Notes: generated from the sequence alone by a model not told the origin. Shown: positions 20,068 to 30,315, counted from the first letter of the stretch. The stretch is 64,000 bases of DNA from Oligoflexales bacterium (GCA_965215515.1 OZ244057.1:1696001-1760000); one strand, 5' to 3'. Numbers and translations are program-made.

Positions 20068-20973
20068 TTACAGTGCATAGCGTCGCATCGTTGTCAGCGC
20101 TGCACTCGCACTATAGCGACCCCGCGTGTAACTCACCTGCGAGGCAACTACCCGCGGGTCGTGCATGTAAAAGATGAGCCAGTTTTCGTCCACTGCCTTG
20201 CTGTAAAGCTGACGTTTCTCGTCGATAACCAGCTCGGCAAAACGGTCATAACCCGCCGTGATCGGTAAATGTACCCAAGCTGTGCCAGGGATGAGATCGC
20301 CCGCGAAAAAAATTTTACGGTGCTGCCCACGCAAAACAGTGTGCATCTGACCAGGGGTGTGCCCATCGCTGAAAATGAACTCCAACCGCTCTTCCAACAC
20401 ACCCGCGAGTCGCTCGCCTTCTACCTTCAACAGTCTGCCACTGGCAGCAAGTTTAGCCACCATGCCGTCGATGAAGGAGGCACGGTCACGAGGATGCGGG
20501 GATGCGGCACGTGCCAGCGCCGTACCGCCCACGACATAGCGGGCACGAGGAAAATTGAGCTGGCCGTCCACCGCCAACAGACCACCCACATGATCGAAAT
20601 GCAGATGGGAAAGGATGACATAGTCGATGTCCGCCGTCTCCACACCGAGTGCGGCGAGGTTAGTGAGCAACTTGTTCTTCTCAGGGTCACAGACCCCGTA
20701 GCGTCGTGCCAGCTTCGGCTCGAAAAAATTACCGATGCCGACCTCGCACAATAACTTGATGTCACCACACTCGATCAACAAACCGCGGGTCGCCAGTTCA
20801 ATTCTTCCCTGTGCATCAGGCGGACACCACTTCGCCCATACGGCACGCGGGGCGTTGCCAAACATCGCTCCGCCATCGAGATATTGCCTGTTCCCCTCTA
20901 CTACCGAAACCAACACCCCAGCCGCCTGCACTTCCCCAGCCCCTCGCTTACCCGCTCCTCGGAACTCTATCAA
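20068..20973 (-). CDS. MBL-fold metallo-hydrolase (YtnP-like)
   Basis: LDGGAMFG..P, SHLHFDHVGG, GHTPGQ, AGDLIP, HDP. Confidence 0.9.
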   Translation of the reverse strand: MIEFRGAGKRGAGEVQAAGVLVSVVEGNRQYLDGGAMFGNAPRAVWAKWCPPDAQGRIELATRGLLIECGDIKLLCEVGIGNFFEPKLARRYGVCDPEKNKLLTNLAALGVETADIDYVILSHLHFDHVGGLLAVDGQLNFPRARYVVGGTALARAASPHPRDRASFIDGMVAKLAASGRLLKVEGERLAGVLEERLEFIFSDGHTPGQMHTVLRGQHRKIFFAGDLIPGTAWVHLPITAGYDRFAELVIDEKRQLYSKAVDENWLIFYMHDPRVVASQVSYTRGRYSASAALTTMRRYAL

Positions 20974-21153
20974 TTGCCAGAAGATCGTTCCACCCCAAAT
21001 CCTCTGACAGCATCCAAAGCCGCGTGCCTGTCGTCGTAGGTTCTAGGCTTTAGAGACGGTACTGGCATGCTGGATAACGATATCTTTTGGAGATACCTGC
21101 AGGACAAACCTTGCCGAACGGCTGGGAACTGTTTAGACTTGAGGGATCGTTGA

Positions 21154-23163
21154 ATGGCCGTGGAAAAAACCTCGATGCCCCTCATTCTTGGTGATATCGG
21201 ACACTACCTGCTGCTGCTGTGTTTGATAGTTAGCCTCTACGGCACCGCGACCTCGCTGCTCGCGGCACACCTACGCCACCGTCGCCTCTATCTCTCGGCA
21301 AAAGCAGCGCAGACAGGCAGTTGCCTGCTAGTGCTCGCCGCCTCGTTGATTCTCTGGATAACCTTCTTCGGTCGTGACTACTCGCTTCTCTATGTCTTCA
21401 AAAATTCCAGTTCCGATCTGCCATCCTACTATACCTTGACGGCATTCTGGTCTTCCCTCGAAGGCTCACACCTGCTGTGGACGCTGCTGTTGTCGATCTG
21501 CGCAACACTGGCCCTGTGGACACGCGCACGCATTAACGAACATATCATGCCCTACGTCAGTGCCGCGCTGCAGGCAGTATTGGCCTGGATGTTCTACCTC
21601 GCTATCACCCACTCCGACCCTTTCGTGCGCCTATTCCCCGTCGCGAGCGACGGACAAGGCATGAACGCCCTGCTCCAAAACCCCTATATGGCAATTCACC
21701 CTCCCACCCTGTTCGTCGGTTACACTTTGCTGGCAGTGCCGTTTGCCTACAGCGTGGCCGCACTTTTTTACGGCGATATCACCGAAGGTTGGTTAAAAAC
21801 CACTCGCCGCTGGACTTTGGCGGCTTTCTGTTTTCTGACCGCAGGCGTGAGCCTCGGCGGACGCTGGGCCTACGTCGAACTCGGCTGGGCGGGTTACTGG
21901 GCGTGGGACCCCGTGGAAAATTCCAGTTTCTTGCCGTGGCTGTTCTGCGTCTGTCTCCTACACTCGTTGCTAGTGCAGGAAAAACTCGGTCACCTTAAAC
22001 GCCTAAGCCTTGTGCTGGCTTTTTTCGCCTTCTTCTTCAGTTTTTTCGGCACGTTTATCACCCGTTCAGGAGTGGTCAGTTCGGTGCACTCGTTCGCCCA
22101 ATCACCCATCGGCCCCAACTACCTACTGTTTCTCGCCGTGCTGCTGCTGTTTTTTATCGCCCTCTACGCCCTGCGCGCCCCCGCCATCCTACCCGCCGCG
22201 ACCGAGCGAGTGTGGGGAGTGGCGAAAGAATCCGCCCTGCTCATCACCCAGTTCATTCTGCTGACCTTAGCCATCATCGTCATCATCGGCACAATGTTTC
22301 CCATCGTCTCCGAAGCCCTGACCAAACAGCGTATCTCGGTGCAAGCACCCTACTTCAACGCTTTCGCCCCGTGGATCGGATTGTGCCTTATCATCGCCAT
22401 CGCCCTCGGGAACATCATGCGTTACCAACGCGCCCAAATCGTCGGCGGAGCGAAACTGCTGCTCGTTACCGCATTACTGGCACTGCCCGCCGCACTGCTG
22501 TTCTGCTCAGGCGGTAAAGTATGGCAGACACCCGACGGTTTCGCCCTCGGCGCACAACTGGTCGGTATCTACCTCTGCTTCTGGAGCTCGCTGGTAATCA
22601 GCGGCGATGCCTTCCATCGTCTGCGCCAACTTAAGTTTAAACTCAAAACTTTCTTCTCCCGCAACCTCGGTTACCTCGGTGCTTACGTCGCCCACCTCGG
22701 CTTGCTCGTCGCAGTGCTCGGTTTCTTGGGGAACTACCGCGCGATAGAAAAAAACGTCAACCTTACCCACGGTGAACATACCGACTTCTTTGGCTACCGC
22801 TTCGTTTTTGACGGAGTACAAGGCAAAAAAGTAGACAACGCCCTCATTCAAGAAGCAACACTACAGGTTACACGCACAGGACAAACACAGTTTACCCTCC
22901 ACCCAGGCCGTAGCCGTTACCCCACCGCCGAAGAAATTTTTCACGAAATAGCTGTGCACGGAGGTTTCTGGCACGATGTCTACGTCGTGCTAGCCGATTA
23001 CGAGACAAAAAAACAATCGGCCACCTTCAACATCCATATCAACCCCACCGTACGTATCGTCTGGCTCAGCATCTTTCTGATGGTCGCAGGCGGTCTGCTC
23101 GCCCTCGGCGACCGTTACCGCGGCGAGCGCAGCCGCGATTTCGTCGGCAGTGGAGTGCCATAA
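21154..23163 (+). CDS. ccmF: cytochrome c heme lyase CcmF/NrfE
   Basis: W...EGS.LLW, G.N.LLQNP.M.IHPP, WAY.ELGWAGYWAWDPVENSS, TRSG..SSVHSFA. Confidence 0.96.
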   Translation: MAVEKTSMPLILGDIGHYLLLLCLIVSLYGTATSLLAAHLRHRRLYLSAKAAQTGSCLLVLAASLILWITFFGRDYSLLYVFKNSSSDLPSYYTLTAFWSSLEGSHLLWTLLLSICATLALWTRARINEHIMPYVSAALQAVLAWMFYLAITHSDPFVRLFPVASDGQGMNALLQNPYMAIHPPTLFVGYTLLAVPFAYSVAALFYGDITEGWLKTTRRWTLAAFCFLTAGVSLGGRWAYVELGWAGYWAWDPVENSSFLPWLFCVCLLHSLLVQEKLGHLKRLSLVLAFFAFFFSFFGTFITRSGVVSSVHSFAQSPIGPNYLLFLAVLLLFFIALYALRAPAILPAATERVWGVAKESALLITQFILLTLAIIVIIGTMFPIVSEALTKQRISVQAPYFNAFAPWIGLCLIIAIALGNIMRYQRAQIVGGAKLLLVTALLALPAALLFCSGGKVWQTPDGFALGAQLVGIYLCFWSSLVISGDAFHRLRQLKFKLKTFFSRNLGYLGAYVAHLGLLVAVLGFLGNYRAIEKNVNLTHGEHTDFFGYRFVFDGVQGKKVDNALIQEATLQVTRTGQTQFTLHPGRSRYPTAEEIFHEIAVHGGFWHDVYVVLADYETKKQSATFNIHINPTVRIVWLSIFLMVAGGLLALGDRYRGERSRDFVGSGVP

Positions 23164-23165
23164 CG

Positions 23166-23648
23166 ATGCCCACTATCTCCGCACTGCTGTGTTTCACCCT
23201 GCTGACTGCCGCAGCCTACGATCGCACCGCGAACCTCGCACCACAGGACTACCAACTGTTCGAAGAATTAAGCAAAGACCTACGCTGTCCCGCTTGCCAA
23301 GGGCTAAGCGTATGGGAATCTGACGCACTGTTTTCCAACCAGATCAAAGATATGGTAAAAACAAAAATCAACGCGGGCATGAATAAAGAGGAAATCATGC
23401 AGTTTTTCACCGCCCGTTTCGGCTACTGGATTCTGCGCGAGCCACCACGCCGCGGCTTCAGCTCCCTAGCTTGGTGGATACCACTATCGCTCTTGCTCGG
23501 CGGCCCGCTGTTGCTGTGGGGATTTTTCTGGCGACGTACCCAAACCACACCCACACAAGGAGTGCGCGGCGCAGAAAGTATCGTCGCCCAAATGCAGGCG
23601 GAATTAGCACAACAACGCGACCGCCAGACAAAAAAACACCCGTCCTAA
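23166..23648 (+). CDS. ccmH: cytochrome c biogenesis protein CcmH/NrfF
   Basis: LRCPACQG motif, RFG..ILREP, W.IP; follows ccmF. Confidence 0.93.
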   Translation: MPTISALLCFTLLTAAAYDRTANLAPQDYQLFEELSKDLRCPACQGLSVWESDALFSNQIKDMVKTKINAGMNKEEIMQFFTARFGYWILREPPRRGFSSLAWWIPLSLLLGGPLLLWGFFWRRTQTTPTQGVRGAESIVAQMQAELAQQRDRQTKKHPS

Positions 23649-23655
23649 AGCACGC

Positions 23656-25095
23656 TTAGCGCGGCAAGAAAGAAGCGAGTACCTGCCGAAAAATTGCGAC
23701 GACACGCTGCACATCCGCCGTGTCCGTGCGCCAATTGACAACACTGACACGCATGACAAAGTTACCCCGCCACACCGTGGAAGAAAAAAAGGCCACCCCC
23801 GTCGCATTGACCGTATCCATTACCTCCCACGTACGACGATCGTGATCAGCCGCATCCGCCTGCGGACGCAGATCACGAAAACGCAACAAACCCTGATTGA
23901 GATCGGATTTCCACACAATTTCCGCCCCTGGCAACGTACCGATACCCTCGATCAGTTCAGCACAGCAACGACAGTTACGCTCGACCAACTCCGCCACCCC
24001 ATCCTTGCCCAGTTGCAACAACGCGGCGTAAACAGGCACACTGCGCGCCCGCCGTGACCACTCTGGAGTCCAGTCTATCGCTTGACGGGAAACACGATCG
24101 ACATCTATGTAGGCCGCGTGGATGCTCAAAGCCTCACGGTGTGCCGTAGTATCACGCACCGCAGCAAAACCACAGTCAAAAGGAACGTTGAGCCACTTGT
24201 GCATATCAGTCGCCCAACTGTCGGCCAGTTCAACACCCGCAGTGAGATGCTTCTTGCGCGCGCTGGCACGGGCAAAAAGACCAAACGCACCGTCGATATG
24301 CACCCAAGCCCGCTGCGCCTGCGCACACGGAATCAGTGCGGTGAAAGCATCGAAAGCCGCAATGTTCAGGTCGGCAGCATCGAGCACGACGATGCGCGCC
24401 GCACTCCCACAGGCACGCAACTCCTCCTCCAACGCCGCACGGCGTACCAACCCATGCCGATCAGTAGCGAGTGCCACGATCTCCCCTTCGCCCAAACCGA
24501 GATAACGCACCGCACGATCGACAGAGGCGTGGCGATACTCGCTGGTAATAACCTTGAGCGGCGGTGCACCACGCATACCACGTTGCCCGACATCCCAGCC
24601 GAGCTGTGCCAACACCCGCTGCCGCGCCGCCGCCAAACAGGTGAAGTGCGCCATCTGACAACCCGTCGTAAACGCAAACGAGGCAGAAGTCGGAAGATCG
24701 AGCAATTCCAACAACCACTTGCCCGCCATCTCCTCGATCACCGCACTCGCAGGACTACAATCGTGCAGCACAGCATTCTGATCCCAACTGCTCACCAGCC
24801 AATCGGCAGCCAGCGCGGCAGGCAACGACCCACCCATCACCCAAGCGAAAAACCTACCACCCGCACTCGCAGTCAAACCACCGCGCGTCGCAGCCACCAG
24901 ATGCGCCACCACCTCCTCGGCACGCATCCCTTCAGCAGGCAGTGGTCTGGCAAACTTGGCACGCAACTCCTGCCGCGTCACACTCGCTCCGACTCTGCCG
25001 TCGGCAAGCTCGCGCAGCCACGCACGCGCCTCTTGCGCCGCAAGCCTAAGCGCAGCATAACACTCATCGTTGTGGTTCGTTGTGGTTGTACGCAT
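23656..25095 (-). CDS. group II PLP-dependent amino-acid decarboxylase
   Basis: WVHIDGAFG, ADSWATDMHKWLNVPFDCG, PEWSRRAR, RVSVVNW. Confidence 0.92.
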   Translation of the reverse strand: MRTTTTNHNDECYAALRLAAQEARAWLRELADGRVGASVTRQELRAKFARPLPAEGMRAEEVVAHLVAATRGGLTASAGGRFFAWVMGGSLPAALAADWLVSSWDQNAVLHDCSPASAVIEEMAGKWLLELLDLPTSASFAFTTGCQMAHFTCLAAARQRVLAQLGWDVGQRGMRGAPPLKVITSEYRHASVDRAVRYLGLGEGEIVALATDRHGLVRRAALEEELRACGSAARIVVLDAADLNIAAFDAFTALIPCAQAQRAWVHIDGAFGLFARASARKKHLTAGVELADSWATDMHKWLNVPFDCGFAAVRDTTAHREALSIHAAYIDVDRVSRQAIDWTPEWSRRARSVPVYAALLQLGKDGVAELVERNCRCCAELIEGIGTLPGAEIVWKSDLNQGLLRFRDLRPQADAADHDRRTWEVMDTVNATGVAFFSSTVWRGNFVMRVSVVNWRTDTADVQRVVAIFRQVLASFLPR

Positions 25096-25313
25096 GAGTT
25101 AAGCGTTCTCGGAATTGCGTTATCGCCACTACGGGGGTAGCACGCGGCCAGTATATTGGGATCAGCCCTGATTTTCAAGAGCTGGGAAACAAACTGCCCC
25201 CAGGAACACCGCCCGCCGAGGAAGAAAGGGAGTGAGCTTCAGGAGGCACACGCAGAATTAAAGTTGCTCAAAAAACTTCTTCTCGTTAGACAGAGGTGAG
25301 AACGGAGCATAGC

Positions 25314-26804
25314 ATGCCACCCTGGTCGCAGTACTGCTACCTCACACGCCATGTGCCGCTGCCTGACGGAGCGGTTTTGCCCCCGTCGCCACCCGCACGC
25401 CTCGGCGAGCAGAATTTTCTGCGTGACTTCGGTTTGACCCTGCCCTACCTGTGCGGTGCGATGGCGGATGGCATAAGCTCAGTCGATCTCGTCACAGCCA
25501 TCGGCAAGGCTGGTATGCTCGGTTTTCTGGGGACAGCAGGGCTTGAACTCACCCGCATCGCCGACGCAATCGTCACCCTCAAAACAAACGCCGCACAACA
25601 AAAATTTACCTACGGCTGCAATCTCATCCACTCCCCCTTCGACACTGAACTGGAGACAAAGACCGCCGAACTGTACGTGAAACACGGCATACGCATCATC
25701 GAGGCCTCGGCCTTCATGGGTATTACCCTACCCCTGGTCAGATACCGCACCGCAGGCATACGCACCGCTGCAAGCGGTGCAATCGTTACTCCTAACCGTG
25801 TCATCGCCAAAGTTTCCCGTGAAGAGCTAGCACATAGTTTCTTCTCCCCCCCTCCTCCACAACTACTCAGGACTCTGCACACACAAGGGCTGCTCACCGC
25901 TCAACAGGCGGAGTGGGCAGCACAAATTCCACTGGCCGATTGCGTTACCGCCGAGGCAGATTCAGGGGGACACACCGATAAACGTGCTCTCGTGACCATC
26001 CTGCCCGCCTTCCTCACTATCAAAGAACAACTCGCGCCGCGCTATGCTCATCACCACCTCTACGTCGGAGCCGCGGGGGGAATTGCCGAACCTCGCGCTG
26101 CCCTCGCGGCCTTCAGTATGGGTGCAGCCTACGTCGTTAGCGGCTCGATCAATCAGTGCTGCGTCGAAGCACACACCTCCACCGCCGTCAAGAAACTGCT
26201 GACACAAGCACGACCCGCCGACGTGACGATGACCGCGGCTGCCGACATGTTTGAGATGGGGGTTCAAGTGCAAGTGCTGAAACGCGGTACGATGTTTCCC
26301 ATGCGCGCCCAACGCCTTTACCAACTCTACCGTCACTACGACAGCATAGATGCCCTGCCTGCGGCGGAGCAACAAAACCTTGCAGCTAACTTTTTTGGTG
26401 CACCACTACCCCAGGTATGGCAAGACACCGCCGCCTACTTCGCCCGCCACAACCCTGCCCAGCTTACCAAAGCCGCCCGCGACCCTAAACACAAGATGGC
26501 ACTGCTGTTTCGCACCTATCTCGGCAAATCATCGCAGTGGGCACGACAAGACAATGCCGCACATCGCCTCGATTTTCAAATTTGGTGCGGAGCAGCGATG
26601 GGTAACTTCAACACCTGGGTAGCCGACAGCTGCCTCGCTCCCCTGTCGGAACGCCAAGTGGCAGTGGTGGCGATGAACATTCTTTTCGGTGCGGCACTGC
26701 TGGCTCGCCTCAACTTACTGCGTCTGTATACCAACACAGCAGCGCCCGCCATACAAGTGCGGCCACGCCCACTAGAGGAGATCGAAATGTTTTTACAGAC
26801 ATAA
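25314..26804 (+). CDS. pfaD: PfaD-family (PUFA/polyketide) FMN-dependent enoyl reductase
   Basis: GAMA.GISS, NLIHSP, IEASAFM, VIAKVSR.E, EADSGGHTD, GAAGGI, AADMFEMG..VQVLKRGT.FP.RA, QIWCG.AMG.FN. Confidence 0.93.
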   Translation: MPPWSQYCYLTRHVPLPDGAVLPPSPPARLGEQNFLRDFGLTLPYLCGAMADGISSVDLVTAIGKAGMLGFLGTAGLELTRIADAIVTLKTNAAQQKFTYGCNLIHSPFDTELETKTAELYVKHGIRIIEASAFMGITLPLVRYRTAGIRTAASGAIVTPNRVIAKVSREELAHSFFSPPPPQLLRTLHTQGLLTAQQAEWAAQIPLADCVTAEADSGGHTDKRALVTILPAFLTIKEQLAPRYAHHHLYVGAAGGIAEPRAALAAFSMGAAYVVSGSINQCCVEAHTSTAVKKLLTQARPADVTMTAAADMFEMGVQVQVLKRGTMFPMRAQRLYQLYRHYDSIDALPAAEQQNLAANFFGAPLPQVWQDTAAYFARHNPAQLTKAARDPKHKMALLFRTYLGKSSQWARQDNAAHRLDFQIWCGAAMGNFNTWVADSCLAPLSERQVAVVAMNILFGAALLARLNLLRLYTNTAAPAIQVRPRPLEEIEMFLQT

Positions 26805-26896
26805 TACCTCCACCCCCTGTCAGTCTAGCCCGCAGAGGTAAGGTTCGCCCACACACGGAGAGGATGGGGATGAGGCGAGAAGAACGCGGTGACAAC

Positions 26897-27316
26897 TCAA
26901 AACACAGGGGCAACATCGGTAACACTATCCTCACCGAAACGATCTTGCAGTTGCTCTTTCACCCCCTGCACGAGAGTGAAGGTGGAGGAAGGACAACCCT
27001 CGCAACCGCCGCCGAGCCGCACGTGAGCGATACCCTGCTCGAAGGCTTCCAAACGGGCAAAGCCAGAATGCGCCTTCAACATAGCGGAGATATCACCTTC
27101 AAGAAACAGGGCGATGTCTTTCGCGACACCCTCGAAACGGTCGCTGGTCAGTGGTTCGTCGAAGTCGCCGCGCTCGTCCATACCGAGTAGATTACGCATT
27201 TCTTCGAGAGCTTCGTCACGACTCAAGCCAAAGGTGACTTTGCCCGAGGGGATGTGTTTCGCTTCCCAGCTCTCATCAGGTTTCTGGGCAACGACGACGG
27301 AGTTTAGCTCGCTCAT
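26897..27316 (-). CDS. NifU/Nfu-domain Fe-S carrier with small N-terminal domain
   Basis: C-terminal L.AH.G...L, LGGGCEGCPSS..TL..GV; translationally coupled to sufU. Confidence 0.85.
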   Translation of the reverse strand: MSELNSVVVAQKPDESWEAKHIPSGKVTFGLSRDEALEEMRNLLGMDERGDFDEPLTSDRFEGVAKDIALFLEGDISAMLKAHSGFARLEAFEQGIAHVRLGGGCEGCPSSTFTLVQGVKEQLQDRFGEDSVTDVAPVF

Positions 27317-27780
27317 GGTCTGGTCTCCTGTTCTGTAGATATATGTAAACATGCGTCAAGTGCACCGCGCATCGTATACCAGGGCAGTGCAGCACACTTG
27401 ACCCGTGCGGGGTAGCGCCAAATAGTGGCAAACACAAGAAGCTTGCCAAGCTCATCCTTGCCGATCTTCTCACCCTGCAACAGCTGTTGAAAGAGCTGCA
27501 CTTTGCTTTTCGCCGTACCCGTCGCCTGTCCCTGCAAAAAAACACTCATCATCGAAGCTGATGCTTTGCAGATGGCACAGCTCTGCCCAACGAAGGAAAT
27601 TGCCTCAATCGTCTGCTGCGCCACCACCCGCAGGAAAACTTCGATGTGGTCGCCGCACAGAGGATTGTGACCCTCGCTATGGTGCGTGAAGTTGTCGAGA
27701 CGGCAGAAGTTACACGGTGTGCGATTATGTTCAAGAATTACCTGCTGGTAGAGCTGCTGTGTATGAGTGTCGAGAGTCAT
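27313..27780 (-). CDS. sufU: SUF-system Fe-S assembly protein SufU
   Basis: LYQQVIL.H, NPLCGD, G.SCAICKASAS.M, PARVKCA.L.W. Confidence 0.94.
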   Translation of the reverse strand: MTLDTHTQQLYQQVILEHNRTPCNFCRLDNFTHHSEGHNPLCGDHIEVFLRVVAQQTIEAISFVGQSCAICKASASMMSVFLQGQATGTAKSKVQLFQQLLQGEKIGKDELGKLLVFATIWRYPARVKCAALPWYTMRGALDACLHISTEQETRP

Positions 27781-28994
27781 GCAAAAAACCTAATCGCTTT
27801 GTGCACCGCTGCCGCGAGGCGCTCCACCTCTTGGAGAGTGTTATAAAAAACGAACGAAGCACGTGCCGTCGCGGGAATAGCAAAAAAACGCATCAACGGC
27901 TGATTACAGTGATGCCCCGTGCGGATAGCGATACCTTCATGATCGAGCAACGTGCCCAGATCATGGGGATGCACATTATCGACAACGAAGGACACAACTC
28001 CCACACGTCTCGCGGCACTGCCGATGATACGCAAACCCCGTACCTCCTGCAAGGCCGCGGTCGCACTGTGCAACAACTCGTTCTCGTGGCGTTGCAGTGC
28101 CTCACGATCGAGGGCAGTGAGAAAGTCGATGGCGGTGTCCAGCCCCAACACACCCGCAATGTTAGGTGTGCCAGCCTCGAACTTCTCTGGAGCAGGCAGA
28201 AAAGTCGTGTGCTCCATCGTAACCTTGCTGATCATCCCGCCACCCGTATACGGCGGCGGCATCGCAGTGAGCAACGCTTTTTTGCCGTAAAGCACCCCTA
28301 CACCCGTAGGGGCAAACATCTTGTGTCCAGAAAAAGCTAGGAAATCACAATCGAGTTGTTGCACGTCGATGGGGAAATGACTGACAGCCTGAGCGGCATC
28401 GACCAGCACCCGCACATCATGAGCATGCGCTTGCGCAATTATCTGCGGTAGCGGGTTGTACGTACCGAGTGAATTGGAAACAAAAGTAACCGCCAACAGT
28501 TTGGTGCGTGGCGTAAACAACTGAGGCAATCGCTCGAGAGCAAGTTCGCCGCGCGTCGTGAGCGGGATGTAACGCAACCGACAACCACGCGCCGCACAAA
28601 TCTGCTGCCACGGCACGATGTTGGAATGATGTTCCATCTCGGTGACAATCACCTCATCACCCGTCTGCAAAAAACACGGCCCGAAACTCTGCGCGACAAG
28701 GTTGATGCTCTGCGTCGTGCCAGAAGTGAAGATAATCTCAGCGGAATCGGCCGCATTGATGAACCTCTGCACCTTACGGCGGGTAGCTTCGAACTGCCGT
28801 GTCGCCTCCTCGCTCAAATAATACACCCCCCGATGGATGTTAGCAGTACAGGAGGAAAAATAGGACTGTACCCGCTCCTGCACCGCCCGCGGTGCCAACG
28901 TGGTCGCAGCATTATCAAGATATATCAACGGTTTACTGTGCACCGTGCGCTTGAGCAAAGGAAATTCACGACGAATATCAGCCAGCTTGATCAT
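27777..28994 (-). CDS. sufS: cysteine desulfurase SufS
   Basis: YLDNAAT, ANIHRG, MEHHSNIVPWQ, FSGHKM, FEAGTP, RTGHHC.QP. Confidence 0.96.
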   Translation of the reverse strand: MIKLADIRREFPLLKRTVHSKPLIYLDNAATTLAPRAVQERVQSYFSSCTANIHRGVYYLSEEATRQFEATRRKVQRFINAADSAEIIFTSGTTQSINLVAQSFGPCFLQTGDEVIVTEMEHHSNIVPWQQICAARGCRLRYIPLTTRGELALERLPQLFTPRTKLLAVTFVSNSLGTYNPLPQIIAQAHAHDVRVLVDAAQAVSHFPIDVQQLDCDFLAFSGHKMFAPTGVGVLYGKKALLTAMPPPYTGGGMISKVTMEHTTFLPAPEKFEAGTPNIAGVLGLDTAIDFLTALDREALQRHENELLHSATAALQEVRGLRIIGSAARRVGVVSFVVDNVHPHDLGTLLDHEGIAIRTGHHCNQPLMRFFAIPATARASFVFYNTLQEVERLAAAVHKAIRFFA

Positions 28995-29153
28995 CGCTTG
29001 CCCGTTCCTAAAGGTTCACCGCCGCACTAAGGCGCAGCCACTGCAACAAGCTCTACCACATCGACAGCATCTTCGCTACCTATCCCCAATCTCCCTAACC
29101 TACGACGATAGGTACGCTATTTGAAAAAAGTCGGAGCGAAAACGCAACGCAGG

Positions 29154-30089
29154 TCAGGGGCAAGCGCGCAAGAAGGTGTGGAGATCGTCCTCAAGTGGGT
29201 AGCACTTACCTCGCCAAGCAGGGAAACGGCGCAACAGACCAGAGAGCACACGACCTGGGCCTACCTCGATGCAGGTGTCGCAACCAAAAGCGAGGGCAGC
29301 CTCGATGGTTGCGACCCAACGCACAGGGTTGCTTATTTGTTTTACGAGAAAGTCAGCTCGGTATGGCACGATAGCCCCGCGGTAATTGGAAATGACGACG
29401 CTGTCATTGTCTATAAACTCCGCCGCCATGATCAGTTTTTGTATTTGCTGTTCCGCAGGGCGCATGAGACGGGAGTGAAAAGGTGCGCTGACGGGAACTT
29501 TGATGCTCTTGATTTTCTCTGCCCGCAGCTGTGCCGCAACCGCCTGCACCGCTGCACTCGTGCCTGCAATCACCACCTGCTGCGGACTGTTGTGGTTGGC
29601 AATATCTACGATTTCGCCTGTCGTGGCACTCACCTGCTGCACTATCGTTGCCACGGTAGCAATTTGGGCACCGAGCACCGCCAGCATTTCTCCTTTCCCC
29701 ACCAATGCTTGCATCACTTGCCCGCGGCGTTTGACCAGATGACAGGCTGTTGCCAGGGGTAGTTTACCGCTCGCGGCAAGGGCACTGAACTCGCCCAAAC
29801 TGTGTCCCGCGTGCAAGGCAGGGCGAAAGTTCGTTTCCCGCTGGAGCACGGCATGGTAAGCCATGCTCACGGCGAACAAACAGGGCTGGGTATTCACCGT
29901 CTGCATCAATAACTCCCGACCTCCCGCTAAGCACATGTGTCTGATACGCATCCGCATCAGGTCTTCTATCCGCTCGAACGTCTGCGCCGTGTAGGGGAAA
30001 TCGGTCAATAAACGCCGACACATGCCAGTATACTGCGACCCCTGCCCTGGGTATACGGCGAGCACCGCTCCACTTGTCCCCGCGGTCAT
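29154..30089 (-). CDS. fabD: malonyl-CoA:ACP transacylase
   Basis: PGQGSQ, NTQP, AGHSLGEFSAL, N.NSP.Q.VIAG, VSAPFHS, EVGPG.VL.GL. Confidence 0.95.
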   Translation of the reverse strand: MTAGTSGAVLAVYPGQGSQYTGMCRRLLTDFPYTAQTFERIEDLMRMRIRHMCLAGGRELLMQTVNTQPCLFAVSMAYHAVLQRETNFRPALHAGHSLGEFSALAASGKLPLATACHLVKRRGQVMQALVGKGEMLAVLGAQIATVATIVQQVSATTGEIVDIANHNSPQQVVIAGTSAAVQAVAAQLRAEKIKSIKVPVSAPFHSRLMRPAEQQIQKLIMAAEFIDNDSVVISNYRGAIVPYRADFLVKQISNPVRWVATIEAALAFGCDTCIEVGPGRVLSGLLRRFPAWRGKCYPLEDDLHTFLRACP

Positions 30090-30096
30090 CGCTGCC

Positions 30097-30315
30097 TCAG
30101 CTGGGTTGCTCAAAGCCGTCGGCCTCTTTCGGGGCAGCTGCACTCGCCTCCATCACCTGCCGCCCGCGATAATAACCACAAGACAAGCATACACAGTGCG
30201 GCAGGCGCACCGCCTGGCAGTTAGGGCAAGGGGAATAGCTGCGAGGACGCAAGTAATGATGCGCACGGCGGCTGTTGCGCCGTGACCGCGAGGTTCTTAC
30301 CTTGGGAACTGCCAC
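30097..30315 (-). CDS. rpmF: 50S ribosomal protein L32
   Basis: MAVPK.RTS.SRR..RRAH, CPNC...LPH.VC..CGYY.G. Confidence 0.96.
   Translation of the reverse strand: MAVPKVRTSRSRRNSRRAHHYLRPRSYSPCPNCQAVRLPHCVCLSCGYYRGRQVMEASAAAPKEADGFEQPS

Noticed and set aside
24082..25140. 352-aa plus-strand ORF and similar long antisense ORFs (2694-3533, 8492-9346, 36280-37101)
   Set aside because: Shadows of well-supported genes on the opposite strand; no recognisable motifs.
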